From Bdellovibrionales bacterium (GTDB lineage: Bacteria; Bdellovibrionota; Bdellovibrionia; Bdellovibrionales; UBA1609): a stretch of DNA of 64,000 bases. This document shows, piece after piece, positions 39,056-48,651 of the stretch. Where the stretch lies: positions 448,001-512,000 of the forward strand of contig OZ241877.1 of assembly GCA_965203095.1 (NCBI GenBank), written 5' to 3'. The notes below the pieces were generated by a model that saw only the letters and a program-made list of their open reading frames with translations, was not told the origin of the DNA and made no database searches. The translations under genes were made by a program, and so were the position numbers. The stretch's first letter is position 1. Each line of letters opens with the position of its first letter.

Positions 39056-39634
39056 TTAAATATATAAATTGATTTTTAGGCCCGAATTAAAATGAATATT
39101 GTATTTGCTATAAATTAAATCTTGCCCATTCATTGCCGGAGGATTTTTTAATTTATACCAAGAATAAAGCCCCACAAAAGGCGAAAAACTGATATAGCGG
39201 TTAAGCGACAGGCCCAGGCTAAACCTCAGCCAAGCCCCCGCTAAATGAGAGGGAACAAGGCCCAAAGTGATTGAAGGCACAATACTGGATCGGGAATGAT
39301 TTCTGCTTAAGTTCCAAGTAAAAAAAGGAGAGATGAAGTTTTGTCCTGTGTGTTGAATTTTGGCCCCTATTTCATAATTTCCAAAATTACGGGACACTTC
39401 TAAACTGTGAAAAAAATCGTTCATCTGCCCTTCAGGATGAAGAAGGGGTCTTTGTTGTTGAGGAATGCTGGAGTGGATGTCTTTTTTAGCTTTAGAAAAG
39501 CTATAACCATTAGCTAAAGATAGAGACCATTTCCTTTTAGCCACCCGCCTCTTTCTGGCAGAAGAATCCACAGGGATTAAAAAACATAAAATAAGAAAAG
39601 TGGAAAAAAGAATTTTCATTATGTTAGCTTTCAC
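39056..39634 (-). CDS. Hypothetical secreted, possibly outer-membrane beta-barrel, protein
   Basis: Signal peptide, alternating hydrophobic strands, C-terminal GLKINLYI. Confidence 0.65.
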   Translation of the reverse strand: MKANIMKILFSTFLILCFLIPVDSSARKRRVAKRKWSLSLANGYSFSKAKKDIHSSIPQQQRPLLHPEGQMNDFFHSLEVSRNFGNYEIGAKIQHTGQNFISPFFTWNLSRNHSRSSIVPSITLGLVPSHLAGAWLRFSLGLSLNRYISFSPFVGLYSWYKLKNPPAMNGQDLIYSKYNIHFNSGLKINLYI

Positions 39635-39729
39635 TTTATGTCCAAGAGCTTTTCTTTGTCTATTTCTTTCCCGATTTCCACTCCGATCTTAAAATTTTAT
39701 AGGCTTTGGTTTGGTTTTTTGCAAAAAAA

Positions 39730-39996
39730 TTAAGGGGAAAGGGATGAAACTTTAGAAGCCCATCGGGACTTTTTCCGCCGGCCGGTATTTTTTTTGATAA
39801 TGCCCTTGTTTTTTGCCCGGTCAGAAAGCTTAAAAAGCTTTTTCAAACCCTCTTCTAAAGCTTTTGCATTTTTGTCCTTTAAGTCTTTTTTCAACTGCTT
39901 TTCACAATTTTTTAAAGTTCTCAAAACTCTTTTATTTCTCTGTGCTCTTTTTTTAGATGATCGCACTCGTTTTTCAGCAGATTTATGATGAGCCAA
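39730..39996 (-). CDS. rpsT: 30S ribosomal protein S20
   Basis: AHHKSAEKRVR..KGIIKKNTGRRKKSR; TTG start with GGAG RBS. Confidence 0.95.
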   Translation of the reverse strand: MAHHKSAEKRVRSSKKRAQRNKRVLRTLKNCEKQLKKDLKDKNAKALEEGLKKLFKLSDRAKNKGIIKKNTGRRKKSRWASKVSSLSP

Positions 39997-40099
39997 AACA
40001 AACTCCTTATATTATTGGGCAAAAACCCCAGCCCCCTTGAGGGAAAAAGCTCAGGACAGACTCAATATTACACATTTTTTAAAAAAGTCCAAACAATTT

Positions 40100-40996
40100 T
40101 TAAAAAAAATGTCGCCTTTGGGATCGAGTTTGGAAGAACCGGATCAAAGGCTGATAAATATCTTTTTGGCAATCTATAAAAATGGACTCCGAACGGCAGG
40201 AGACCAACTGCCGGTCCCTCTCTTTTATTTTTTTTGCCATAGAGTTTTTGAGCTGTCTTTGAGAAATAGGAGAAGAAAAATCTACAACCATTCTCTCCCC
40301 TGTCTCCATATCATGAACATCCACTAAGCCCAATGGGGGGATTTCTCTTTCTAAAGAGTCGGATAAAAGAAAGGGGATCACATCATGTTTTCTCGCAAGC
40401 CTTTGGATGGCTTTTTCAAAAGGGGAGCGAGTTAAAAAATCACTAAAGATAAAAATATGGCTTTTTTTCCTCAAGACCTTCTGTAAAAAGGAAAAGCTTT
40501 TTTCCATATCGGTTTGATTACTTTGCCTTTTAAAACAAGAAATATCCCGAATCACGCGAAAACAATGCCTCATCCCTTTTTGTGGTGGCACATAAAGCTC
40601 CACATCAGAGGAGAAGAGAAGTAGTCCTAAAAAATCTTTGTTTTTTTGGGCGGAAAAAGCTATTACAGCACAAAGCAGGCTTAAAGCATCTCTTTTAGCC
40701 CCTTCTCCACAACCAAAATCCATGGAGGCACTGATATCCACAGCTAAGATGATTTGAGCCGTCCGCTCCTCCTCAAAAGTTTTTACATAGGGTTTAGACA
40801 TTTTGGCTGTGAGATTCCATGCAATGGATCGAATGTCGTCTCCAGGGACATACTCTCTGACATCCGAAAAAATAATCCCCTGGCCTTTAAAAGCCGAGCG
40901 GTAGTTTCCGGAAAATAAGGAATGTGTTTTTCGCCTCAGGCGAAGGTCGATTTGCTGGACTCTTTTTAAAGTATACTTATCCAAATCAAACCTCAA
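40100..40996 (-). CDS. DUF58 / VWA-like MoxR partner
   Basis: SAFKGQGIIFSDVREYVPGDDIRSIAWN, VDISASM. Confidence 0.92.
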   Translation of the reverse strand: MRFDLDKYTLKRVQQIDLRLRRKTHSLFSGNYRSAFKGQGIIFSDVREYVPGDDIRSIAWNLTAKMSKPYVKTFEEERTAQIILAVDISASMDFGCGEGAKRDALSLLCAVIAFSAQKNKDFLGLLLFSSDVELYVPPQKGMRHCFRVIRDISCFKRQSNQTDMEKSFSFLQKVLRKKSHIFIFSDFLTRSPFEKAIQRLARKHDVIPFLLSDSLEREIPPLGLVDVHDMETGERMVVDFSSPISQRQLKNSMAKKIKERDRQLVSCRSESIFIDCQKDIYQPLIRFFQTRSQRRHFF

Positions 40997-41966
40997 GCTC
41001 TTTTAGAATTTTGTTTAAGACCTGTTCTTCTTTAACATTTTCTGCCTGTGCTTCGTAAGATAAAATCAGGCGATGCCTTAAAATGGGCAAGGCCAGCCTT
41101 TTCACATCGTCTAAGGACACAAAGTGTCTCCCCTCTAAAAAGGCCAAAGCCTTAACCGCTTTGGGAAAACCCACTGTGGCCCTGGGAGAGGCCCCCACCT
41201 CTATCCAGCCTTCTATTTCCGGAAAACCATAATGCTTGGGATTTCTTGTGGATTGGATCAGATCCACAATGTATTTTTTAATTTGATCGTCCATGTGAAT
41301 TTTTTGAATGGCTTTTTGCATTTCAATAACCTTTTCTCTGTTTAAAATAGGGGAGATCTCTTTTTTTTCCTCTTTCAAGCTGAGGTTGAGAATAGCCATC
41401 TCCTCTCCCTCCGATGGATAGTCCACTTTAATTTTAAAGAGAAAGCGATCCCTTTGAGCCTCTGGCAAATTGTAAGTTCCCTCTTGCTCTATGGGGTTTT
41501 GAGTGGCCAAAACCAAAAAAGGAGAGGGCAGGCTATAGCTTTTGTCGCCCAGGCTGACTTGCTTTTCCTCCATAGCTTCTAAAAGGGCACTCTGCACTTT
41601 AGCTGGTGCCCTGTTGATTTCATCAGCTAATAAGATGTTGGTAAAAACAGGCCCTTTTTTTGGAGTAAATTCTTGAGCTGAGGGATGAAAGATCATAGTG
41701 CCAATAATATCTGAAGGGAGCAGATCAGGGGTGAATTGGATCCTTTGAAACTTCAGATCCACAGCTTGAGCTGTAGTGGACACGGATAGGCTTTTGGCCA
41801 ACCCCGGCAAACCTTCAATTAAAATATGACCCCCAGTCAAAAGGCCAATCAAAAGGCTCTGGATCATATCCTCCTGCCCAACAATGTTTTTTTTGATCTC
41901 TTTGATCAGTTGGCGGATCTCCTGACTGTTGGAGGCGGGGTTTTTGTCCGGACGAGTTTCATTCAT
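40986..41966 (-). CDS. moxR: MoxR-family AAA+ ATPase
   Basis: EGLPGLAKS, RIQFTPDLLPSD, LADEINRAPAKVQSALLEAM, ATQNPIEQEGTY. Confidence 0.96.
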   Translation of the reverse strand: MNETRPDKNPASNSQEIRQLIKEIKKNIVGQEDMIQSLLIGLLTGGHILIEGLPGLAKSLSVSTTAQAVDLKFQRIQFTPDLLPSDIIGTMIFHPSAQEFTPKKGPVFTNILLADEINRAPAKVQSALLEAMEEKQVSLGDKSYSLPSPFLVLATQNPIEQEGTYNLPEAQRDRFLFKIKVDYPSEGEEMAILNLSLKEEKKEISPILNREKVIEMQKAIQKIHMDDQIKKYIVDLIQSTRNPKHYGFPEIEGWIEVGASPRATVGFPKAVKALAFLEGRHFVSLDDVKRLALPILRHRLILSYEAQAENVKEEQVLNKILKELEV

Positions 41967-42068
41967 TATGCTTTACTCCCATTCATTTTTTGTTTTCTAT
42001 ACTTGATTTTCAAGTTTTTGTCCAATAAAAATGACCCTAACTTAATCCATAAAAATAAAGGCTCAAAA

Positions 42069-42887
42069 ATGCGAAAATTTTATAAATCCTACATATTCCT
42101 TTTGGTTTTAAACGGCCTTTTGATTTTGCCGATCTTTTTTTTTGGAGAGTTTAAACTCTTGATCCCCGCTTTTGCCAGCATTTTAACTCTGGATCTGTTC
42201 CTCCTGCTTTTTCCTGATTTCTATCTGAGAAAAAAAATCCCTCTCTCATCCTATGTCCCGAAAGACCCTTATGGGGCACAGGCTATTTTTGAAACATTAA
42301 AAAAAAAATACGGCATGCCAAAGGCCCGTTTGTTCAAGCCCACAAATAACCCAAGTTCTTTTTTTTATTTTTTTAGTTTTGAAGGACCTTGTGTGGTCCT
42401 GTCTGAGGATATTTTAGAAAAATTCCCCCAAAAAGACATAAAATATCTTTTGAGCTATCCCTTTTATTTTGCCCGTTCCGGGGATCTGCTTTTTTTAAGT
42501 CTTCTCAGTGCTTTTTTATGGATAATGGAAAAAATAGCCCGTTTTTTAAGTTATCCTTTGTTTCGTCTGTTTCGTCCAAGAAAAGGTCTTCAAAAAGAGC
42601 CGTTTTTTTTGGTTTTGATCTTAAAAATTCTGTCTTTAATCACGAAAAGGATTTTTTATCAAGCGGATGCCCATTTTACTCTTTCAAAAGAGGACAAAGC
42701 CTCTTTAGCCCTCCTGTTGTGGAAGTTAGATAGCTTAGTGAAAGTTCGCCCGCCAAAGGCTTTGCCTTTTACCCTGCCTTTATTTTTAATAAAAGCTTTG
42801 ACTTCTACAGGCAAAGGGCCTTATACTTCCCTCCAGCCTTTAATAAAAAAGCGGATCCGGTTTTTAACAGGGGTATATCCCCCTTAG
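42069..42887 (+). CDS. Hypothetical membrane protein (possibly degenerate HtpX/M48-like)
   Basis: TM segments; no HExxH motif. Start at MRKFY avoids overlap with moxR. Confidence 0.6.
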   Translation: MRKFYKSYIFLLVLNGLLILPIFFFGEFKLLIPAFASILTLDLFLLLFPDFYLRKKIPLSSYVPKDPYGAQAIFETLKKKYGMPKARLFKPTNNPSSFFYFFSFEGPCVVLSEDILEKFPQKDIKYLLSYPFYFARSGDLLFLSLLSAFLWIMEKIARFLSYPLFRLFRPRKGLQKEPFFLVLILKILSLITKRIFYQADAHFTLSKEDKASLALLLWKLDSLVKVRPPKALPFTLPLFLIKALTSTGKGPYTSLQPLIKKRIRFLTGVYPP

Positions 42888-42916
42888 TTTTTTTAGTAAA
42901 AGGCCAGGGTTTTAAA

Positions 42917-43198
42917 ATGGAAAAAGACAAAAAACAAACAAAATTACCAGCACCTCAATTCAACAGCTTGGTCATGTCAATAGCCTCTACAGCCCTCCTT
43001 AAAATGGGCCTCAATTCAGAAAAAAAGGAAGAAAAAGACCTGACTATGGCCCGCTACAACATTGATCTTTTAGATCTTTTAAAGGAGAAGACAAAAAACA
43101 ATTTGAGCTTAGAGGAAAAAGAGCTTTTAGACTCCTGCATCAGTGATCTTCAAATTCAATTTGTCCATATTCAAAACCAAGAAAAGGATAGCCCATGA
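42917..43198 (+). CDS. DUF1844-family protein
   Basis: DLTMARYNIDLLDLLKEKTKNNLSLEE pattern. Confidence 0.8.
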   Translation: MEKDKKQTKLPAPQFNSLVMSIASTALLKMGLNSEKKEEKDLTMARYNIDLLDLLKEKTKNNLSLEEKELLDSCISDLQIQFVHIQNQEKDSP

Positions 43199-44526
43199 GC
43201 CGATATTTTTTTATTTTTTGTTGGATCTTGCCCGTTTTGGCCTATTCTGTAGAGCCTCATCAAGATTTTATCCGTTTGGCAAAAAAAGCCCGGCACAGTG
43301 TGGTGAATATTTCTGTAGCTAAAGAAGGCTCAAACAATGTGATTCCATTTTACCAAGGCTATTACTTAATGCCTTTTTCTCCTCCTGAAATTAAAGGTTC
43401 TGGTTCTGGTTTTATTGTGGATAAAGCGGGATTGATCGTCACCAATGCCCATGTGGTTCAAAATTTTGATAAAATTCAGATTCAATTTGCTGAAGAGGAA
43501 AAGCTTTATCCCGCGAAAATTTTAGGCTTAGATCGTCAAAGTGATATTGCCCTTTTAAAAGTGAGCACTAACAAAAAACTTGTCCCTATCCAGATGGGAG
43601 ACAGTGAAAGGTTAGAGGTGGGGGAGTGGGTGGCCGCCATAGGCAATCCCCATGGCTATGGGCACACAATGACTAAGGGGATCATATCCGCTGTTAAGCG
43701 GGAAATTGATGACCTTAATCTTTTTCCTCTCCTTCAAACAGATGCGAGCATTAACCCTGGTAATTCCGGTGGCCCTTTAGTCAATTTAAAAGGAGAAGTT
43801 GTGGGTGTGAATCAGGCCATTGCCAGAGGGGCTATGGGTATTAGTTTTGCCATTCCCATCAATAATGTTAGGGAGGTGCTTAAAGATCTTAAATCCTTTG
43901 GCTTTGTGAGAAGAGCTTTTATCGGGGTGGAATTTTTCAGTGATGGGAAGGACGGTGCTCTCATTGTAAATGTGTATTTGGCCAGCCCGGCAGAAAAGGC
44001 AGGGCTTAAAATTAAAGATCGAATTATTGAGTTTGCCGGAAACAAAATCACCAACCCAAAAGATCTCCCTAAGGCCATCCGCAGGGCCACAGCGGGTAAA
44101 ACCGTCTCTTTAAAAGCGGTTAGAGAGGGCCGGACCATTCAACTCAAAATCACTCCTCAAATGTGGGATAAGCATAGTTTTTCTGCTGAAAGGAAGAATC
44201 CACAACAGAGGAAATCAAAAATCAAAGGCCAGGTTCTTCCCGGAGGTTTTAAAGCCTTAGAGGGGACAAAATCCCACCTGAGTCGCTTTGGCCTACCCAC
44301 TTGGGCCGGAAGGTATCCCATAATCTCTTATATTCATAAAGGATCTTTGGCTTCTAAAAGCGATTTGAGGGCGGGGGATTTGATTTTTCAAATCAATGGC
44401 TATCCCACTCACACCATTCCACAAGCCAAAAAGGCTTTTAGAAAGGGTAAAAATCAGATAAATATTTTGAGATATTACCAAAAATATGACAAATATTTTT
44501 CAATATCCACTTCTTTCACTCTTTAG
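43195..44526 (+). CDS. HtrA/DegP-family serine protease with PDZ domains
   Basis: GSGFI, VTNAHVV, DIALLK, QTDASINPGNSGGPL. Confidence 0.95.
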   Translation: MSRYFFIFCWILPVLAYSVEPHQDFIRLAKKARHSVVNISVAKEGSNNVIPFYQGYYLMPFSPPEIKGSGSGFIVDKAGLIVTNAHVVQNFDKIQIQFAEEEKLYPAKILGLDRQSDIALLKVSTNKKLVPIQMGDSERLEVGEWVAAIGNPHGYGHTMTKGIISAVKREIDDLNLFPLLQTDASINPGNSGGPLVNLKGEVVGVNQAIARGAMGISFAIPINNVREVLKDLKSFGFVRRAFIGVEFFSDGKDGALIVNVYLASPAEKAGLKIKDRIIEFAGNKITNPKDLPKAIRRATAGKTVSLKAVREGRTIQLKITPQMWDKHSFSAERKNPQQRKSKIKGQVLPGGFKALEGTKSHLSRFGLPTWAGRYPIISYIHKGSLASKSDLRAGDLIFQINGYPTHTIPQAKKAFRKGKNQINILRYYQKYDKYFSISTSFTL

Positions 44527-44682
44527 AGATGGCCATCTCAGCACAATATAAAAGCAAATAGCTTAAGGCTAACCCCTGTTGGCAGGTTTTTTTCAAGACT
44601 AAAGTCTGATTTTCCCCCTCTTTTTGGAGTTGATATTTAAGTCCTCGGAGCTGTTTTCCGATAGGGATAATGAGGTTTCTTT

Positions 44683-44982
44683 ATGGAGATTACAGAAGTT
44701 AAAATCAAACTCAAGCCTGACAGGCCCCCTTTAAAGGCTTTTGCCAGCATTACTTTTGACAACTGCTTTGTTGTGCATGATCTCAGGGTGATTCAAACCG
44801 AGGGCAAAATTTTTGTGGCTATGCCCAGCAAAAAAGTTAGAGACGGCAATCGATTGGGTGTGCCTTATAAAGATATAGTTCATCCTATAAAACCGGAGAT
44901 GAGATCTCTAATTGAAAAAGCCGTTTTAGAAAAATATAAGCAGGCTATGGAGAACCTTAATCTTTCAAAACCAACAGTATAA
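44683..44982 (+). CDS. spoVG: SpoVG family nucleic-acid-binding protein
   Basis: MEITEVKI..LKAFASITFDNCFVVHDLRVI..FVAMPS..YKDIVHPI. Confidence 0.95.
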   Translation: MEITEVKIKLKPDRPPLKAFASITFDNCFVVHDLRVIQTEGKIFVAMPSKKVRDGNRLGVPYKDIVHPIKPEMRSLIEKAVLEKYKQAMENLNLSKPTV

Positions 44983-45036
44983 TATTGAGCCATCTATAAT
45001 TTTCTGCTAGAAAACCCTATTCTTTAGTTTTTTTGT

Positions 45037-45100
45037 CCAAAGGCTCTGTCCCATTTCGGGACGGCAATACCTTGGACCCTCATGGAACAAAACCTTTGGA
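45037..45100. repeat. Hairpin carrying the same 28-nt loop as the 24375/51676 repeat on a different stem
   Basis: TCCAAAGG..CCAT-TTCGGGACGGCAATACCTTGGACCCTC-ATGG..CCTTTGGA. Confidence 0.75.
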
Positions 45101-45314
45101 TAAAAGAAGTTAAAAGGATACTTTTTCACGGGGAGTTATGTAATCTTGAAAAATGAAACATTCCTCTTCATTTGGGGGTAAGGGGTAATGGTGAAAATCA
45201 AGAAAAGGGGAAAGTGGGGAAAAATGGCATTAAAAATCTTGATTTTTTTTAAAAAATCAAGGATATTTTTCTCTCTAAGAGGCTTTGTAAAAAAAATTGA
45301 GCCTTAAAGTATAA

Positions 45315-45389
45315 TGGGGTGTCGGCAAGTGGTAAGCCAACAGATTTTGGTTCTGTCATGCGCAGGTTCGAATCCTGCCACCCCATCCA
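45315..45389 (+). tRNA. tRNA-Gln (TTG)
   Basis: Acceptor TGGGGTG/CACCCCA, anticodon arm ACAGA-TTTTGGT-TCTGT, GGTTCGAATCC T-arm, encoded CCA. Confidence 0.97.
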
Positions 45390-45921
45390 TTATAAAAATC
45401 ACTCTTGTTTTAAATTCCATAAGCAGGATAGTCCCCTTATTTTCCCGACTTCAGCACGACACGACATGTTAAAATATTAAAAAATATTGTGACAACTTGT
45501 CAACTACTCTAAAAGCAGGGCTAAGAAGAACTCAGCTGACAGACTTAGACTGATTGAGCGTCTGATGAAGAAAGTTAAAAACAACATCGTATGCCTTCTA
45601 AATCCACAGAAGAGATAAGAACTATATACGAGGCTTTTGGCCTTAAAAGAGTGTCTCAATTTATCCCCACATCTTACATTAAATCTTAGAATGTGTGGCA
45701 CCAAAAACCTGCAAATCCCTATAAATACTCATTTGTTGCATTGCATTATGCGGAAGTCAAGAAAAGGACATTTCTCAAGATAAATTATTCAATCTGGTTG
45801 AAGTGTCATTACAATACAATTACAAAAATTGAAACAAATGGTATATCTAATTTTACTATTGAAACTATGAAAAAATGTTACTTCTTTAGCAGTCGCTATG
45901 ATAATTTAATGGAATAAAACT

Positions 45922-48651
45922 ATGTTAAGGCAAGAACAAAAAAATATCTGGCAAAATCTTTTTGAAAAAAAAGAAAAAGCAAATTTGTCAGAATACCTAA
46001 AAGTTTATCAAAAAAGAATACAACAAGAAAGTGAGAAACTTTTTGTCTCAGAGTTTTTATATCCTATATTTGGAAAATATAACATTAAATATGTTATACC
46101 TCAATATCCTTTCATTGATTCAGAGGGTAGAAGCAGAAGAATAGATTTTGCAATCATAAAAGACGGTAAGAAGTTAGCTTTTGAAGTCAATGGTGAATTT
46201 TACCATGCAGAAGGGATTATCCCTAATGAAATGTTTGATGATAATTTGTCTCGTCAAAATGAGATTTTAAATGCTGGTTATCAGTTGCTTCGTTTTTCAT
46301 ATAATCAACTTCAATCGCCTGCTTGGAGAAAACGAGTTTTTGAAAATATTAGAAGATCAGTATACAAAAAATTTCCTGAGTTAATTTCTGAAACTATTAT
46401 TGAACCAAATTATCTTCAAAAAGAAGTATTAAAAAATCTTGATCTATATAGATCTAAAGGCTGGAAAAAAGGTATTGTTGTTTTACCTACTGGAACCGGA
46501 AAGACTTACTTATCCGCGTTTGACACTTTAAAAACAAATGGAAAAATTTTATTCATTGTTCACCGTCTGGATATTCTCAATCAGTCAAAGGTTGCATTTG
46601 AAAAAATATATCCGAAAGAAAAGTTAGGTTTGTTGACAGGACATGTCCAAGAAAATTTAAAAAAATCCAAGGTATTATTTGTCTCTAAGGATTCACTAAA
46701 AAATGCTGTTCATTTAAATATTTTTAAAAAAGATGAGTTTTCATATATTATTGTTGATGAAGTGCATCATGGTCAAGCTCCTTCATATAAATTGATACTG
46801 GATTATTTTGATCCTTCTTTTTTCATGTTAGGCTTAACAGCTACACCTGACAGAATGGATCGAAAGGATATTTTTGAAATATTTGATTATAATAAGGTTT
46901 TTGAATACTCACTGATTGAAGCTATAGAAAGTGGGTTCTTAGTGCCGTTCAATTATTATGGTTTAAAAGATAATATCAATTATTCAAATATTCGCTATAA
47001 AGGAGAAAAATATAATGTCCGAGACTTGGATCGCCATTTAATTATAGAAAAAAGGAATCAGCAGATATTTGAAGAATATTTGGAAAAGGGAAAAGGAAAT
47101 AAGGCTATAGGGTTTTGTTGCTCAATCAAACATGCTGAAAGAATGGCTGAATTTTTCAATCTTCAAGACATTCCTTCTGTAGCAATCACATCTTTAACAG
47201 ATCAGCGAACTGATCTAATTGATAAATTCAAAAAAAATGAAGTAGCAGTCGCTTTTACAGTGGATATTTTTAACGAAGGAATGGATTTTCCAAATGTGCA
47301 AGTTTTAATGTTTCTGAGACCTACAGAATCTAAAACAATTTTTATGCAACAACTTGGCAGAGGATTACGTCTCTGTGGTGGAAAATCCAATATTGTAGTT
47401 TTAGATTTCATCAGCAACTATAAAAAAGCCAATAAGATAAGAAAATATATTTCAAAAAACTTAAAAGCAGTTAGAAACCCTAAAAATAAAAGAATTGAAA
47501 AAATCGAATACAAGTATTCTCCAAAATGCAATGTTTATTTTGATAGTGAAGTGGAACAGATTTTTGATGCACAAGATAGACAGGAAAGAGAAATAACAAA
47601 AGAAGATTTGATCGGAGCATACTATGATTTATCGGAATCCTTGCAAAGAAAACCAACACAAGAAGATATAAATCAACATGGAGAATTTAAAATTTCAAAA
47701 TATCTTTCAGTATTTAAGTCATGGGTGAAATTTCTTAGAGAGATTGGCGAGTTTACTGAAGCGAGTTATCATTTTCCACAAGGACTTCACTTAGGGCATT
47801 TGCTATATATTATAAAAGTGGTAAATTCCAGTCGATTTAAGAAGAGTCATCTCAATCAGAAATTTGTAAAATTAAGAGGAAATTTTGATCCCGGAAGGCT
47901 TGGGACTTTTCAAAGACAAACTAAATATAAATTACAAGGTTTAATGGAACTGGGGCTATTGATTGATGATAGAACTTTAGAAAAAGACGAAAAACTTGAA
48001 TTGAAACTAACTCCACAAGGGCTTATTTTCTATAGACTCTTAAAATCTGTTATAGAAACTCTTAATTTGTCTTTTAAAAAGAAACAACAGAATATCCCTT
48101 CATGGGACATGAATATCCCTGCAACTGATTTCAATTTGTCTATTAGGAGTTTCCTCTTAAAACATAAGAATAAAAAAGATAAAATCAGGGCTATATTTCT
48201 GGAAATGCATGCAATTAGACTCATGCTCAATTATCTTTACAGAGTGGAGAGAAAACAGATTATATCTAAGATTGATATTTATAAAGGTTTTTTTAATTCT
48301 CAGGAGGTCGCAAGGTATTGTGATCAGAATGGTATTGAAATTGCTACAGAGGAAGGGGCCAAACATCGTTGTCCTTTTTTGCTCAATGTGTTAGAAGCAA
48401 TAGGAATACTGGAAAATAGAAAAAATGAAGTGGAGTTGAAAACATTTTTAGTTTCACCAAAACTATTGATTTCTCAACATAGGGAACCGGACACATTATT
48501 AAAAATGCGTTTTGAAGCAATCAAAAAGTATTATTTGAAAACTGTAATTGACCTTCCAGCAAATGAACTATCCATATTAAAGGAGCTGTTTGGTAAAGAT
48601 TTTCTCACATCAAACTATTTTTTAAATAAGATGGAGTTTAACAATGCCTAA
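45922..48651 (+). CDS. Nuclease (Vsr/DUF559-like PD-(D/E)xK) - SF2 DExH helicase fusion
   Basis: RIDFAI..AFEVNGEFYH..RQNEILNAGYQLLRF; LPTGTGKT, DEVHH, GLTATPDRMD, FNEGMDFP, QQLGRGLR. Confidence 0.88.
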   Translation: MLRQEQKNIWQNLFEKKEKANLSEYLKVYQKRIQQESEKLFVSEFLYPIFGKYNIKYVIPQYPFIDSEGRSRRIDFAIIKDGKKLAFEVNGEFYHAEGIIPNEMFDDNLSRQNEILNAGYQLLRFSYNQLQSPAWRKRVFENIRRSVYKKFPELISETIIEPNYLQKEVLKNLDLYRSKGWKKGIVVLPTGTGKTYLSAFDTLKTNGKILFIVHRLDILNQSKVAFEKIYPKEKLGLLTGHVQENLKKSKVLFVSKDSLKNAVHLNIFKKDEFSYIIVDEVHHGQAPSYKLILDYFDPSFFMLGLTATPDRMDRKDIFEIFDYNKVFEYSLIEAIESGFLVPFNYYGLKDNINYSNIRYKGEKYNVRDLDRHLIIEKRNQQIFEEYLEKGKGNKAIGFCCSIKHAERMAEFFNLQDIPSVAITSLTDQRTDLIDKFKKNEVAVAFTVDIFNEGMDFPNVQVLMFLRPTESKTIFMQQLGRGLRLCGGKSNIVVLDFISNYKKANKIRKYISKNLKAVRNPKNKRIEKIEYKYSPKCNVYFDSEVEQIFDAQDRQEREITKEDLIGAYYDLSESLQRKPTQEDINQHGEFKISKYLSVFKSWVKFLREIGEFTEASYHFPQGLHLGHLLYIIKVVNSSRFKKSHLNQKFVKLRGNFDPGRLGTFQRQTKYKLQGLMELGLLIDDRTLEKDEKLELKLTPQGLIFYRLLKSVIETLNLSFKKKQQNIPSWDMNIPATDFNLSIRSFLLKHKNKKDKIRAIFLEMHAIRLMLNYLYRVERKQIISKIDIYKGFFNSQEVARYCDQNGIEIATEEGAKHRCPFLLNVLEAIGILENRKNEVELKTFLVSPKLLISQHREPDTLLKMRFEAIKKYYLKTVIDLPANELSILKELFGKDFLTSNYFLNKMEFNNA

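Noticed and set aside
41826..42068. N-terminal extensions of ORFs 41826, 18301, 35380 and 56115
   Set aside because: They overlap neighbouring genes, a terminator or probable non-coding leader; downstream ATGs fit better
45037..45100. Hammerhead ribozyme on the minus strand (ATGA-GGG..CCC-GAAA)
   Set aside because: The CUGANGA core is incomplete and no third stem or cleavage triplet is evident
45504..45704. Integrase remnant (KLRHSF) beside tRNA-Gln
   Set aside because: A single short motif with no other tyrosine recombinase residues; too weak to call
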